A stretch of DNA of 62,000 nucleotides from Octopus vulgaris (taxonomy: Eukaryota): NCBI GenBank assembly GCA_951406725.2, contig OX597825.1, positions 14,900,001-14,962,000 on the forward strand, read 5' to 3'. Below the pieces are notes generated by a model. It did not search any database. It saw only the letters and a program-made list of their open reading frames with translations, and was not told the origin of the DNA. Within the stretch, counting starts at the first letter, position 1; each line of letters opens with the position of its first letter. Positions 39,341 to 53,719 of this stretch are shown here, one piece after another. The translations under genes were made by a program, and so were the position numbers.

Positions 39341-39512
39341 GGAAGGTGTTTGTAAGCCATTTAAGAAACATATAAAAGCCGTTCGATTCACTTCAACAGT
39401 TGAACAGGTCGCGGTCTTATAGCGACGAAAATATTTTGACAAATTAATCCTAAATGTTGAAGTGAATCGATCGTCTTTTGTGTGTTTCTTAAATGGCTTA
39501 CAAACACCTTCC
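39341..39512. repeat. Foldback element: 58-bp inverted arms, 56-bp spacer
   Basis: 39341-39398 vs reverse complement of 39455-39512 differ at 4 of 58 positions. Confidence 0.9.
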
Positions 39513-39562
39513 ACACAGCAATTGTTATAAATGCTATACTTTGGCTTTATTATATAACTATA

Positions 39563-39775
39563 TAGATACTTGTTTCAGTCATTTGACCGCGGCCAGCTGG
39601 AGCACAGTTTTTAGTCCAGCAAATCGCCCCCAGGGTTTATTCTTTGTAAGCCTAGTACTTATTCTATCAGTTTCTTTTGTCGAACCCCTAAGTTACGGGA
39701 ACTTAAACACACCAGCATCCGTTGTCAAGCGATGTTTGGAGGACAAACTCAAATACACACACACACACATATATA
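39563..39775 (-). mobile_element. SINE family B 3' portion
   Basis: tacttgtttcagtcatttgaccgcggcc...ctaagttacggg...ggaggacaaac; head absent. Confidence 0.85.
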
Positions 39776-39879
39776 TATATATATGTATGTCTCATATATA
39801 AGAATATTATTTAAGCAACTGTATATATAAGTCACATTAAGTTTTAACTAGCTATAAACATTATTATATCACGACACTT

Positions 39880-40112
39880 TCACGAGGCAGGGGGCGGTGG
39901 TGAACCCTGCTGTACTTTTTCACCACAATTTTCTCTCACTCTTAATTTGTTTCTGTTGTACCTCTATTTCAAAGGACCAGGCTTGTCACACTCTGTGTCA
40001 CGTTGAATGTTCCCGAGAATTACGTTAAGGGTACACGTAAATTTGACGAGTAGGCTGCCCCTTTGAGTGGATCAACTGGAACCCTCGTCGTCGTAACCGA
40101 TGGAGTGCCCTC
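39880..40112 (+). mobile_element. Probable SINE/retroposon 3' fragment
   Basis: GC-richer block ggtgaaccctgctgtac...actggaaccctcgtcgtcgtaaccgatggagtgcc recognised from memory as an interspersed repeat; no second copy in this window. Confidence 0.45.
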
Positions 40113-40911
40113 ATATTTAAATGTGTTGCTATTATAGGTAAATAACTGAATTGTGGTCGACATATGTTAGCGTATAGATAGCGCTAGGATAATCAATAGT
40201 AATCAGATACGTCTGTTAATAATTTTAACTATATTGTAATTTAAGATATTCTGTGAAGCTCCTGTGAAGCCTTTTGATATGATAGTGTATTTAGCTAGTT
40301 AAAATTTAATGTGACTCGTATATACAGTTGCTTAAATGATATTCTTATATATAAGGCATACCAACAAACATTTACGTATGAATAGTTATAAATATATATC
40401 CATACGATAATGTAAAAGCCTTAGAGATCCGTTAGAGAATATTAAATCATAAAATCCATTACTTTTTCATGTAGAAGTTTTATAAATGTCACAAAAATAC
40501 CTACTTCGGGAGTATGTATATCCTTAATAATAATTCACTTCAAGAATTCACAGAAAATATAAATCAAAACTTTTTTTTACTCTATACTCAGCGTGTTTCT
40601 GATAATTCTATTGTGAAATATTTCCAGGAAGAAAGGGCTCTAATTTCGAGTGTGCAATGAATTTTTTCTATATTTCAAAGAATTCTATAGCCAAAATTAA
40701 TAAATAGATGAGTCCGATATCTAAAAGGATCCCCTACGTTGCAATATATTGAATCTAAGTAAATGTTTCAGGCTCTAATGAATAAATATTCCATAACCAA
40801 CATTATCTCTCTTTCGTTAACTTTGAAGTACTTTAACTTCTGTGGCTCGCTGCATTATTCATACGTAATACGTTTGCACATATATACACTTACACGCCCA
40901 AATATCACATA

Positions 40912-40960
<49 letters not shown>

Positions 40961-41128
40961 GCTGAACTCCAAAAGCATTAGGCTTTTATATCCTTCAAAC
41001 ATTCTTGTTAATTCTGATTTTCAATAGTTTTTCTTCCTTAAAAAACATCGTAGTAACTCACTCTGCTAGTGTATGAGCCTGGTCTTACACAGAAAAAACA
41101 TTTAAACATTGCACAGACATACACACAA

Positions 41129-41129
<1 letters not shown>

Positions 41130-41210
<81 letters not shown>

Positions 41211-41270
41211 TATGTGTGTGTGTGTATGTATATATATGCACGTAAATATGTGCATGTATAAATATATATG

Positions 41271-41301
<31 letters not shown>

Positions 41302-41610
41302 GTATATATATATGTATATATATATATATATATAAATATATATATGTATAAATATATATATGTATAAATATATATATGTATAAATATATATATGTATAAA
41401 TATATATATGTATAAATATATATATGTATAAATATATATATGTATATATATATATATGTATAAATATATATATGTATATATATATATATGTATAAATATA
41501 TATATGTATATATATATATATATGTATAAATATATATATGTATATATATATATATATATAAATAAAATGAGATAGGGGTTGTAAATTCATGTTTCTCCAT
41601 TTTCTCATTT

Positions 41611-41650
<40 letters not shown>
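41130..41650. repeat. TA-based minisatellite (~16-bp unit tatgtataaatatata) within (TA)n
   Basis: Direct inspection. Confidence 0.9.
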
Positions 41651-41652
<2 letters not shown>

Positions 41653-41842
41653 TATATACGTATGTATGTACACATCATTAAACAGTGACATTTAGTAATA
41701 CTTTAATTTTATTGTTTGGTATGAGATTTTGCAACAATGGGGAGATCGTTTTGTAATGGACACAAAGGAGATATTGAATATTGAATTCGAACTCAGTCTC
41801 TATAAATGACCGGAATATAATGTCTAATGTCTAATATATGTG

Positions 41843-41893
<51 letters not shown>

Positions 41894-42263
41894 CATATAT
41901 AGAGAGAGATTTATAGATATAGATATATGTATGTATGTGTGTATATATATATATATATGTATGCCATTCTTCAGTTATGTTTTAGGACTTCTTACCATTA
42001 AAGAAAGAGCCGGTTTCTAACCTAGATCCAAGGCACGTTCATTGGAATTTCAACATCAATAAGAGGGTATTTTCGCTTGTATGCATGTTTATGTGGAGGT
42101 TTGCATGTTTTCTTTTATGTATGTATTCTCATGCTTATAGTAGCATATCTTGGCATACTCATATATATTTAAATAATAAACTTCTGGAAAGTTTTACATA
42201 TTTTTAGAGTTCCAGTGATGGAACGGATCCGTAGGCCTTGAAATAGCTTTCTCCTTTCTGATA

Positions 42264-42294
<31 letters not shown>

Positions 42295-42315
42295 CCATAT
42301 ATATACATATACATA

Positions 42316-42960
42316 CAGCGGTAAGAAGCTTGCTTCCCAACCAAAAGGTTCCGGGTTCAGTCCCATTGCGTTGCACCTTGGGCAAGTGTCTACACCTATA
42401 GCCTCGGCCGAGCAAAGCCTTGTGAGAGGATTCGGTTGACGGAAACTGAAAGAAGCCCGTCGTATATATGTGTATGTGTGTATGTGCGTGCCCGTGCTGC
42501 CGCGCGTTTGTGTCTGTCTGTATTTGTCCCTCTGTCGTCATCATTATTTCTTTACTACGCGCAAGGGGCTAAACACAGAGAAGACAAACAAGGACAGACA
42601 AACGGATTAAGTCGATTATATCGACCCCAGTGCGTAACTGGTACTTATTTAATCGACCCCGAAAGGATGAAAGAGCAAAGTCGACCTCGACGGAATTTGA
42701 ACTCACTACGCAGCGGCGGACGAAATACGACAAAGCATTTCGCCCGGCGCGCTAACGTTTCTGCTAGCTCGCAGCCATCACTTGACAACTGATGCACGTG
42801 AGTTTATACTCCCGTAACCTAGCGGTTCGGCAAAAGACGGATAGAAGAAGTGCTAGACTTACAAAGAACAAGTCCTGGGGATCATTTCCTCAACTAAAAC
42901 ACTTTAAAGCGGTGCTCCAGCGTGGATGGAATAGAATGACTGAAACAAGGAAATGAATTA
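42316..42960 (+). mobile_element. SINE family B interrupted by an inverted family A copy
   Basis: Head/CORE 42316-42470; body resumes at 42776. Confidence 0.9.
42544..42775 (-). mobile_element. SINE family A nested in family B
   Basis: catca duplicated at 42539-42543 and 42776-42780. Confidence 0.9.
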
Positions 42961-42981
42961 AAGGACAAAAAATATATACAT

Positions 42982-43040
<59 letters not shown>

Positions 43041-43099
43041 TACATACACACATACATACATGCATATATATATACATACATACACACATACATACATGC

Positions 43100-43156
<57 letters not shown>

Positions 43157-44698
43157 CATGCTCACTTTCAAACATATGTCCATATGTACGTGTGCGCGTG
43201 CCTGTGTGTTTATACAAGCGTATGAATATTTATGAGTATGTGTTCCTGTGTGCCTCCATGTGTGTGTATCCACTTAAGTGCACATGTATATTGTATATCC
43301 TTTTATGTGTACACACATAATATTGTATAAGTCAGACAGTATTTACTGCCATAGAAATCTCTGATACTGAGACTTCTGAAACGAATTTTATTAGCAATTC
43401 ATGCTTATCCATCTCATTGAAAAAAACGGCAGAATTAAAACATGAAACTTATCTCAACAACAAGAATGGGAACTTGAAACGCTCCAATCTTTCCAATGAC
43501 AACTCTAAAGCGAAAACTTTGAATATTTATAGTAAATTTTTGCAAGATGTTCCCATGAATAAATAAATGTAAATACATAGCAAATGAAATGCTTTCATAG
43601 ATGAGGTGCTGCCACAGAGAAATTCGGTAAATTCACTTGTATGTTGATTGATTCTAACCTCAATATCAATTCACATGTCAAATTAATGAAGTGTATTATT
43701 CGATGTGTACTTCAGAATTACAGACTGTTGCAGAGATCGTATGCTTTTCACTAGATTAGTTTTCTCTTAGTTGTTGTGTGGTATTTTCGCTTTGAGCATC
43801 TTTTCATTTAAGAGGATATTTAATATCGATGCATAGGTCAAGATGGCTTAGATATATCAAAGTGTCGATGAAGCATATCGTTAGCATAAAGTAATGAATT
43901 TTCATTGACACGACTTTCTATTATCCTTTTGGCGATAAATAACCAAACTAATTAATTTAGCACATCAAGAAGCTTTAGTCGTAAACTAGACGCGCTGATT
44001 ATGTGCCTAAAATATAGTTCTGGCGACAATAATAAGATCTCAAACACCGAAAGTAGTATCTTCCCACGAGTTATTAGTTATTAGAGTAATTTAATTTAAA
44101 TATGCTTATTTTGCTCTAAAACTGATACTAATTACAAAAAACTGTATTAATTACTAAGCAGTTCTCACTTCTCACTTTCTTCCTTGTTCTTGCTGTTGAT
44201 GACTGAATGATTAAATTTTCTAATTTATGAGGAAAGCAAGCCAAATCGATCTCTTACTCCGTCTCTGAAATGGACGGGATCATATAATTATACAAACGAA
44301 TCCAGTCAAATCAGTATGGCTATGAAAATTCCTACAAAACAGTCAATCATCATACTTTTCTTTCACTTGTTTTAGATTTCCATCTCCGCTGTTGAGAGCA
44401 AATATTTAATGTCAAACATTATAGTATGGAATTGTGGGGGTTTTCTGAGTAAGGGGCGTCCAATGTTCAATAGTAGAGCAATCGAGTTTTTTTTATTATA
44501 CGTCAGCAAAATTGTTAGCAACAAATTCAGCAGAGATCCCTCCTAGTGGTTTGTATTAAAATATGAATACGAGAATACTGTAACGGTATAGATTATGTTG
44601 TATTGGTACATGACCATAGCGAAAGGAAAACTTCGAGATTTGTGCAATATGTTGCTATTGAACAGCTGCTATGTACTTGGAAGGCAATTTCGATTTCG

Positions 44699-45116
44699 AG
44701 GACTTAATAAACGGCAAACTAAATAATATAATGTGCTTAATACAGAGACGCAAAATTTTAGCCAAATAAAACCGTGAAGTGTCTGTAAGGCAATAATCAA
44801 AACGGAGGTTATTTGAAATATGTTTTCACGTATTTTGGGAGATCTTTCATACAAAAACATCTAAAAGAAATGTTGCTAAATGTTATTAAAGTTTATTACG
44901 ATTAGGAGGACTTAATAAACGACAAACTAAATAATATAATGTGCTAAATCTAAATAATATAATGTATTTAATTTTAGCCAAATAAAACCGTGATGTGTGA
45001 CGGTAAGGCAATAATAACAACGTGGAATATTCAAAATATGTTGTCACGTATTTTGGGGATCATTCATACAAAACATCTAAGAGAAATGTTGCTAAATGTT
45101 ATTAAAGTTTATTACG
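44699..45116 (+). repeat. Tandem duplication of a ~205-bp unit
   Basis: 44699-44900 and 44907-45116 both begin aggacttaataaacg and end gttattaaagtttattacg. Confidence 0.9.
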
Positions 45117-45605
45117 TAATTTTGAATCGTAATAGTAAATAGCTAACAGTAGCCTACTATGTACATTCGTACGGATTTAAAACTTTGATTAAAACCCTTA
45201 TATACGAAAATACATGACAAAAATATCTTCTCTTTGTATCAGATGAATGTTGGCTTAATTAGAAGCCACATAGAAATCAATGGAAGATTATTGTTAACAA
45301 CGTAAATTCATTATAATTAACCAGCTATTTATTTTTTATTTATTTATTCTAAACAAAATTTAAAGCAATCCTGTGAACCAAATGAACTGACTGAATTAGA
45401 GTTTCTACCATCAGTAAATGTTATTTTATAACGATACTTACATTAACTCTAACAAATTTATGCTATTCATTTCCAGAAATTTCTATACAATTCAAAATAC
45501 TAATTTATTTTTTTCAAACAAATTTCCACATGGTATGTAGAAGAATTTGTGTTACATTTTCACTCCAGTAAATCCAAAGCTATTTCTTATTACATTTAGC
45601 AAACC

Positions 45606-45663
<58 letters not shown>

Positions 45664-45883
45664 ATAGCTTTACAGAAATAATATGTATGCATATACGTGT
45701 AGGTGAAACTAGCTCTTAACAAACAGTTCGATATTACGTGCCGTGTTCGTCTAATGTTACGTAAATGTAACATACCACGTTTTAGAAGTTATTATATTGC
45801 TAGTATATTGCAAAGCATTACTTATACACATCTATTGTGTACAAATCGAGACATTGCAATCTCCTGTCTTTGTGATACATATA

Positions 45884-46335
45884 TCCATCTTTCCTTTAAC
45901 TTGAAAATACCCCATTCTCAGAATTGAGGTAGTTTAATGACAAAGAATTCATCAAGGTATCTTTTTACCTCATCCAAGGAATTGAAATTGTTACCATTAA
46001 TACTATTCTGCAGAGACCTGAATAAGTGGAAATCCGAAGGAGCAATATCTGGTGAATATGGAGGGTGGGTTAACACATCCCAGCCGAGCTGCAGCAATTT
46101 TTGCCTGGTTCCCAAAGTAACAAGTGCCGAAAATGAACTTTCTTATCTTCCATTTTATAGGGTTACAGAATTAACACAGGATATAAGAACATAAATCTTC
46201 TTTCACGAAAAGGTAGCTTAAACTGTGCTCTAAAGAGAGGTGTAGTCAAATCCTATTTTATGGCCTCAACCATGTTCTAAAATAAGTCGAAATGTAACCT
46301 ACTATAAATCGACACGAACTTTCCGGACAAACCAA
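45884..46335 (-). mobile_element. Internally deleted mariner transposon
   Basis: 5' TIR plus TA at 46336-46337; ATG at 46153 (MEDKKVHFRHLLLW) joined out of frame to TRQKLLQLGWDVLTHPPYSPDIAPSDFHLFRSLQN (YSPDLAP motif and third catalytic D); 3' TIR missing. Confidence 0.92.
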
Positions 46336-47259
46336 TAATTGTGATTTTTGAGTCGACTATTGATATATTCTGTGACAGTAGAAGAGAGAATAAACCTTTT
46401 CAATAGCGCAAACGTTTTCCTGTTTCATTTTCATAATTCACCTTCATAGCTACCATTTTATATATTATTCCTGTGAAAATTGCTTACGCATAATAGTTAC
46501 ATTTATTTGAGTGATGACAGTACCACTATTCATGTGATACAGAAAAACTTAAACTACCATGTAGCAACAATGGCATATATCCATGATGCAATTTGTCTGC
46601 AGAGAAATGTCGCAAAATTTCGTAGAAACACTTTCAAACAAAAGTTATATACTATTATTAAAAGCAGTTAAATGACTTAAATTTATTTTAGATAGTGAAT
46701 GAGACGAGACGAAGCTACGTCAGAGCAGAAACAAAAGAAAAAAGAAATTTGTCTAAGATACCCACAATTTTGACGACAATCAGATATTTAGCTAATTATA
46801 TCGGAGTGGTGGTCAAAATGGTTTTAAGATATTTTAAAATGAATTCGTGTTGACATCATTTCTAATTAAACAAATTAGCAAAACTTTAAAAAAAATTAAC
46901 GATAAAAAAAACACTTTATCATTGTAATAACGGCAGCAGTAATAGCAGAAGAAGCTGCAGCAAGATTAACAAGAACAAAAACAACCAACAATAAAAAGAG
47001 ACAAAACAAAAAAAATCAAGACATTCATCTTTGAAAATGATTCCATATGACAAATGGTAGTCTTCGTAATTCGTGTTTAATTGAGTTTACCATTCAGTAA
47101 TTATTAAAACTGCCACAAAAAAATAAATTAAATAAAACATTTCATTTCATATTTGTTTAGTTGTTGTTGGTTCTACTTCACATATTTTTTTCTTCATTTC
47201 ATTTTTAATCATTTCACTGATTTAGATAATTAATATTTTCCAGAATATTGTTTCCTCCT

Positions 47260-47430
47260 TCTGTTATAATAATAACAACAACAAAAATAATAGTGATAAA
47301 AATGATATTAATGATAATGATGATGACAATAATAATAATAATTTTAATAATTTTGATAATAATCTTAATAATCTTAACAATGATGATGGTGAGGATGATG
47401 ATGATGGTGACAGTAGCAATACTAGCAACA
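47260..47430. repeat. Degenerate (AAT/GAT)n tract
   Basis: Direct inspection. Confidence 0.85.
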
Positions 47431-48751
47431 TAAAGAAATTAATATATCAGTAAATAAGTTAAAGAATAAATTACAAATTTATATAAATGTGTAAAGTAGT
47501 ACTTGACAAATGAATGTTGCAAAAGTTATACTCTTCACATATTTTTAGAAAGTAAGATTCAAGAATATATATGTACTTATATATATGCACGCATGCGTTT
47601 ATATTTACATATACATACTGATGAATACTTTTGGCAACACATATACTGCACACCCAAAACACAATCGGTTTATATGCATTTCCATTCATGACGAAGCGAA
47701 TTTTACACGAAGCCAAAAAATTTATAGAAAAGAATGGATTTTCTTTGTACTTATTTCTGAAGTAAACTATGGAACATCATATCCGTCAAATTTATTCAGA
47801 GACCACGAGAAAAATATTTCAAAGCTTCTTTGTTAAAATTGGAGCCTAGACGTATCCTTCATTCTTTAACACAGTAAAATAAATTCATATACATCTAGCT
47901 CCAAATGTTTAACTGTACGCAAGAGGAGGTATAAAGTGAAAGATTAACAACATTTTTTACTATATAACAGCAGGATATATCACATTTCAATAATATTTTA
48001 TGAGATATTTGATATATTTTTGTGCAACCTATACCATTCTCCAAGAGAGCTTATTTTTTTCGTAAACTGTATGTCTCATTAAACGCAAAGATATGATGAC
48101 TATAGAATCATTGAATCTTTAGCCAATTATGTAAAGTGTGGAAGTCATTTACCGTACTGCAATATTTTTTCCATTCATGAGGATTTAGCGCGTTTTATAC
48201 AATATCAGTTACATAAATATATAATTTCGGCCAAGGAATCGAAGGCTTATCAAAGTGTTTCATATATTCCAGCTTTTAATATGTGTTAAGCATACATAGA
48301 GAGAACAGCTGCACTCTGCTCCAAACATTTTAATTATGTAGAAGTATTAGTATAAGAAGCTTGAGTCTGTAAGAGAAAATGTGTTGCATAAAAAAAGAAA
48401 AGCAATTTAGCAATTCTACGAGGACACAAAATTATCCTTGTGTTTTAGCTCAACATGCAGAAGCAATTTCTTTATAGCCAGTAGAATATCTCGAAGGAAG
48501 GTTCTTTAAGATATGTTTCAAAGAAAGTTAATTCTAACAAAAATTTGCCAAGTCGTGCTCGGAGAAACTAATCTTCGAAAAAGTGTCATTTAGCTTCCAG
48601 GTATAGAAATGCATTCCAGAACAATTCCGAACTGCATGGTATCTTATCATTCCCTATATATATATATATATATATTCACCTTACCCTAATTAAATTATTC
48701 CAAATGACTTGAGATACTCGTTCTGCCTTTGTTTTTATTTTTCCTCTAATG

Positions 48752-48806
<55 letters not shown>

Positions 48807-50650
48807 CATAAGGATATATTGTTCTGCGATAGTCTCTTATGCTAAACGTGATCATTGAATATTTACAACATAAGAACTCCGCACATAAAAGATACATGAC
48901 CTCTGATGAACTCCCTCAACACACAATACGTGGCGTCATTCTTAAACGCCAGAATCTGCCGAGACTTCTGTGTCTAGACCAGTAATATGGGTTGTAATCG
49001 CGGGTCTATCGCCTTTTTCGTAAATAAATGTCATATATTTATGATCGTATTCAGAGAACCCAGAAACAAATGACTCAAACGGACTCGTCCTATGACGGTT
49101 TCAAATAGCTGCTTATATTCTGCTATAAACTTAAATATAACTCTACACATAAATTCGTTATATATATATATATATATATCAATTATGCTAGCTATTATTT
49201 TATGTGGAAGTTGTCTAATAGTTTTAGATAGCCTACATCATTTAACTCTCATCAGAGAGATGAAGTAAGATCAAAGCGTTAGTCGTGACAAAGGTAATAA
49301 AGCTTCCATTCGCCTCACATCTTTATTACAATGAACTCAATTATGCGAAAGCCTCTCAATGGTATTCGCAAAAATTGATAAAGATGTAGACTTTACAGAA
49401 TTTGCACATTTAGCGCCATTCCAGGTTTCAAGGAATAATTAATCCTAACTGCAATTCAGAAATATTCTTACAGCATGGATATTAACGAACTAAGCCTTCT
49501 ATGTTTAATACCGTCTGTTGATTGAAAGCCGTTTGTTGTTTACAGAGGATCATGAGATTGTAGGTAGTTGACTCTTATTCTGGTATGTTTGAAAATTTCC
49601 TAATGGATTTCTTTCATTGCTCGTATCACTTGAAATGATTACATACCTTAAAACCAAATGCGTGTTTAGAGTGGAATCAAAAAATACATTGTTTTCATAT
49701 TTGGCTTCCAATTGTGGCCTATGAGTAATTATGTGCTCACATATGTAATATATTGATGAAAGTTTGTAAACAGAAAATATATGCTGCTGTAATCTAAAAA
49801 CTCTGCAGATCGAAAGATGAGCTTGGAAATAAAATCGTGGTTTCTTTTCGTCTCTAAACGAAAAAGCCAAAAAAAAACCAAAAAACAATAAATGTGTGAG
49901 AAATTTGCAAAAATGTCCCCTTGCTAACCAAATATACAACACTCCTCTGTATGCATACAAACATACACACCCACTCACACATATATATTTATATACGTGT
50001 GTGTATGTGCGTGTGAAAATGGACGCTTATCATTCAGTCATGGCACTAGGTGGATATATGAAGATCAAAATTTAGTTTCTGGCGAGCAATGCTAGCATTC
50101 ATCACTAATTTGGTTCTCGACCAAACTAAATGCGGTTTTTTTATAGTAATGGCAGTTCAGTCTTCAGTCACAGTTTGAGATAAAATAATTGATGTTTGCT
50201 TCTTCAAATGTTAGGTCAAAATACCTGAGATGACAAATAGGAGATTAAGGCAAGAGAACTGATTTTGAACCAAAATACCTCGGTTATTTTTAAAAAAAAA
50301 ACAAGCATAGATTAATTGGATTTAAAAGAATATGCTCATTGAGATGAATGATTAGGAGAAAGTCGCATTAAAATGTATTAGGAAAAAGTTGTGTGGCTTA
50401 AGTGACAAAACAAAATTGTTAGTTAACCCTCCCCCTATCGATTTTCAATATTCCAGTTTTTGTTAAAGAGCTCTATGCAAATCATGTGATCAAATGAAAG
50501 GAATCTATGAGATGAATCTTTCGGGGAAAACCTCTCTCCTAGAAATAGTAGCTACAAAAAGAAGTGGTGTGTCTTTAAGTAACGAAGATAATGGTGATCA
50601 TCAACATATTTTTGTAATTTTAAGATATTTAGCACTACAAAAGATAGCGT

Positions 50651-50785
50651 CCGATGTAATGGGTCACTTAGTTTAATGGTGCAGCGCGCTCATCCGATGT
50701 TTGCAAGGTCCGTTGTTCGATATTCTATACCGGAAAAGGTGGTACCCGATGTTATGGATCACTTAGTTTAATGGTACAGCGCGCT
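50651..50785 (+). repeat. Tandem tRNA-like fragment (95-bp period)
   Basis: 40-bp ccgatg.atgg.tcacttagtttaatggt.cagcgcgct at 50651 and 50746; first unit carries an A box (tagtttaatgg) and a B box-like gttcgata. Confidence 0.55.
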
Positions 50786-51484
50786 TGACCGGAGTTTGTT
50801 AAGAAATGTTAAGAAATGAAAATATTTTGCTATATCACTAAAAAGATAATAATACTCAAATGAAAGTCTTCAATCAGACATCGAGATATTTTTATGCCTT
50901 GTACATATAGAAGATTTTTTCTCTATAACAGTTATAGAGAAAACACTTTCTAAATGTATAAGGCATAAATACATTCATATTTTTTGCGATTTCTTATTAA
51001 TCTATATTAATTTGCTTTTGTATTAAGATATATATATACATATAAAAAACATTAAACTTCTATACAAAAATCACTCACTAAAAACGCTAATTATTAATTA
51101 ACGGTATTATATAACAAAAGTTGTGTTAAAATGTGTGTATTTGTTAATGATATGCTGCCATTAATCCTTTGCTACATTTATGTGCAAAATCAATTTGTAG
51201 ATTTCAACAAAATCTGTATTTAGAAACATCATTTTTTTTTCAATTATAAAAGTAAATGTAAATAATTATCATAATAGAAACACTGCCGCCTGGATAAAAA
51301 TGGATAAATGCGGGAGCAGAATCCTAGAATACTCTTAAGTGCTGAACCTAAAAAATTTCAGATCAAACAGTAACTTATGCCAGGACACGAAGAAAGTTCA
51401 CTACTTGAAAATATTCTACGATTCTTCGCCCTCATTTTTCATTCTAGTTTTATTTATATATGTTTTGTATGTATTTGTATACAT

Positions 51485-51736
51485 AAATAAATAAATGCGC
51501 CCTTTTTAAAGTCTAGCCAGATTCATGGGCCCGGTTTCCCATTTTCAACGGTGTTACTCAGCTGGACGGGACGCCAGTCCATCGCAGTGTTACCCATTTT
51601 TGCCAGCTGAGTGGACTGGAGGAACTTGAAATAAATTGTTTTGCTCAAGAACACAACGCGTCGCCCCGCCCAGGAATCAAAACCACAATCTTACGATCAT
51701 GATGCTGACACCCTAACCACTATGCCACGCGCCTCC
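51485..51736 (-). mobile_element. tRNA-derived CORE-type SINE
   Basis: Head ggaggcgcgtggcatagtggttaggg; CORE-like cttgagcaaaacaatttatttcaag; gatggactggcgtcccgtccag block shared with 8910-9212; (ATTT)n tail. Confidence 0.85.
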
Positions 51737-53719
51737 ACAAAAAATTATGTTATATCGTTATAGCAACAAAGTCACTAACGAGTTTCCATGTGCTTGAAAA
51801 CCTAGATATAGAAAGACCATGTCCCTCAAATATAAACAGTTTATACACACTCCCAACACACATATATGTATATATATATATACCTATGTATGCATATATA
51901 TGTATACGTGTATATAAATATACAAACCATTACATGGAGAGGTCATCATTCGTTTTACGACTGTTTAATGTTGTTGTATAAGAGGTGTTAGCCTGGAAAC
52001 AATACAAGATGTCTATTTGTAAGAAATCTGCGGCAAATGATTTGGAACTGTCATACAGGGAGAGCAGTGGATACGATAAAGGAACAAACTATTGCTGAGA
52101 ATTTTTCGCAACGTACTTATATTAAATGCTAAATACATTGGTAGGCATTGTTTTCACTCTTGCATATAAAATAATTAGTTATAATTGTTCGTAGTTAAGC
52201 ATTTAATGCATCCTGCATTGCATATTTTCTCAGTAACCTAATTTATCAAATTTTGAATTGGTCACAGTAACTTTGTAAATGTGATTATACTATAAAATAT
52301 ATACTGTCCACAGTTAGACATTGTTTCCACACGCAAGTATTTCCCGGAGAAATTAATGAATAGGGATCCATTCGTTATGTTTCATACATCTATAAAATAA
52401 ATGAATTATGTAGCATATAAATGAGATCTAATTACATCATACAAAATTAAATAAAAACAATTCGATGCATCTACTATTGTTGGAAACAGCGACTACAGTA
52501 AATGTATTTGCCACGCTTACTAACATTGGTCAACCTCCATTTAAGACCGCCGTCCTGTGGACATCCCATGTATCTCAAATTCATCTAATTTCACAGGATT
52601 TAAGATACTTACATTTAAATGTCGTCCTAGAACACAGGCACACACATACACACACAAGCATTTATATATGAATGCACACATATTTATACAGAATATGGGA
52701 GTGTAGTTCACTGTTGATCTGAATGCGTACACAAATACATAACTACGTACATACTTAGAGTTGCACTCCCTTTTTATCGGAGAATTACGTAAAATGAAAC
52801 AACCCTTTTCATAAAAGAATTACGTAAAATGAAACATTTACTGTTGTCGTACGAATTTACGTATATAGAACTTATGTAACATTATGATAACAATTGCAGG
52901 TTTCCATTCAAGTCGGTTATGATCATATTGTAAGTGTAAATTGCCAGAGGATATCTTGGAATTGACATTTGCTATGAATCTGTAGTGCAGATGTGGAAAA
53001 ATGATTTTCTCGTTTCTAATGAAGGCAATAAAAGAGAATGAATCAAAAGATGACTCTACGGAGAATAAGGAAAGTAGAAATAAAATTTCAGTGAAATCGC
53101 GAAAAAATTCAGTATAAGTCCCTTTGTGGAAAACCTGAATAAAGATAGGATTCTATTTCTGTAGAGCAGTAATCTTAAATATATGCTATTATTGACATCG
53201 ACATCTTACTCCGCCATCGGTTCCCCAGTATGTTAATGCATTCTATTCTGCTACTCTTTTCTTTCGTATTCCTACTCCTGATAATCTTGCATGAACAACA
53301 GAATCTTCATATACTTATTTATATCTTTAATTGTTAGTTGCCTTGTTCGGTTTCTTCTTTTTCATCTCTTTCTTCGTCTTCCCTTTTTTGTTCATCACTT
53401 CATCATCATCATCATTATCATCACCAATAAAAATATCACTGTCATCATCAGAAGCAGTAACTTCTACTTCATCGTTTTGTTCTTCATCTTCGTCTCCGCC
53501 ACTCCTCCGTTCCTTCTTGTTCTTTCTTCATACGCTTTCATATTTCGCAATATGAATAGAATCACGTTCGATAGAATTATTTTTTTTAAAATCGGAATTA
53601 ATATTTCAGAACATGCATTCCTTAGTTTTATACACTGGCGTGTCATCATTTTAAGGGTTAGTTCATCGTTATCATACCCATCGCTATTACGACTGCCATC
53701 ACCGCAGCACTGTTTAAAA

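Noticed and set aside
53291-53700. Acidic/basic low-complexity frame on the minus strand (DEDEEQNDEVE...KKKK)
   Set aside because: Degenerate GAA/GAT simple sequence bounded by stops; no splice support
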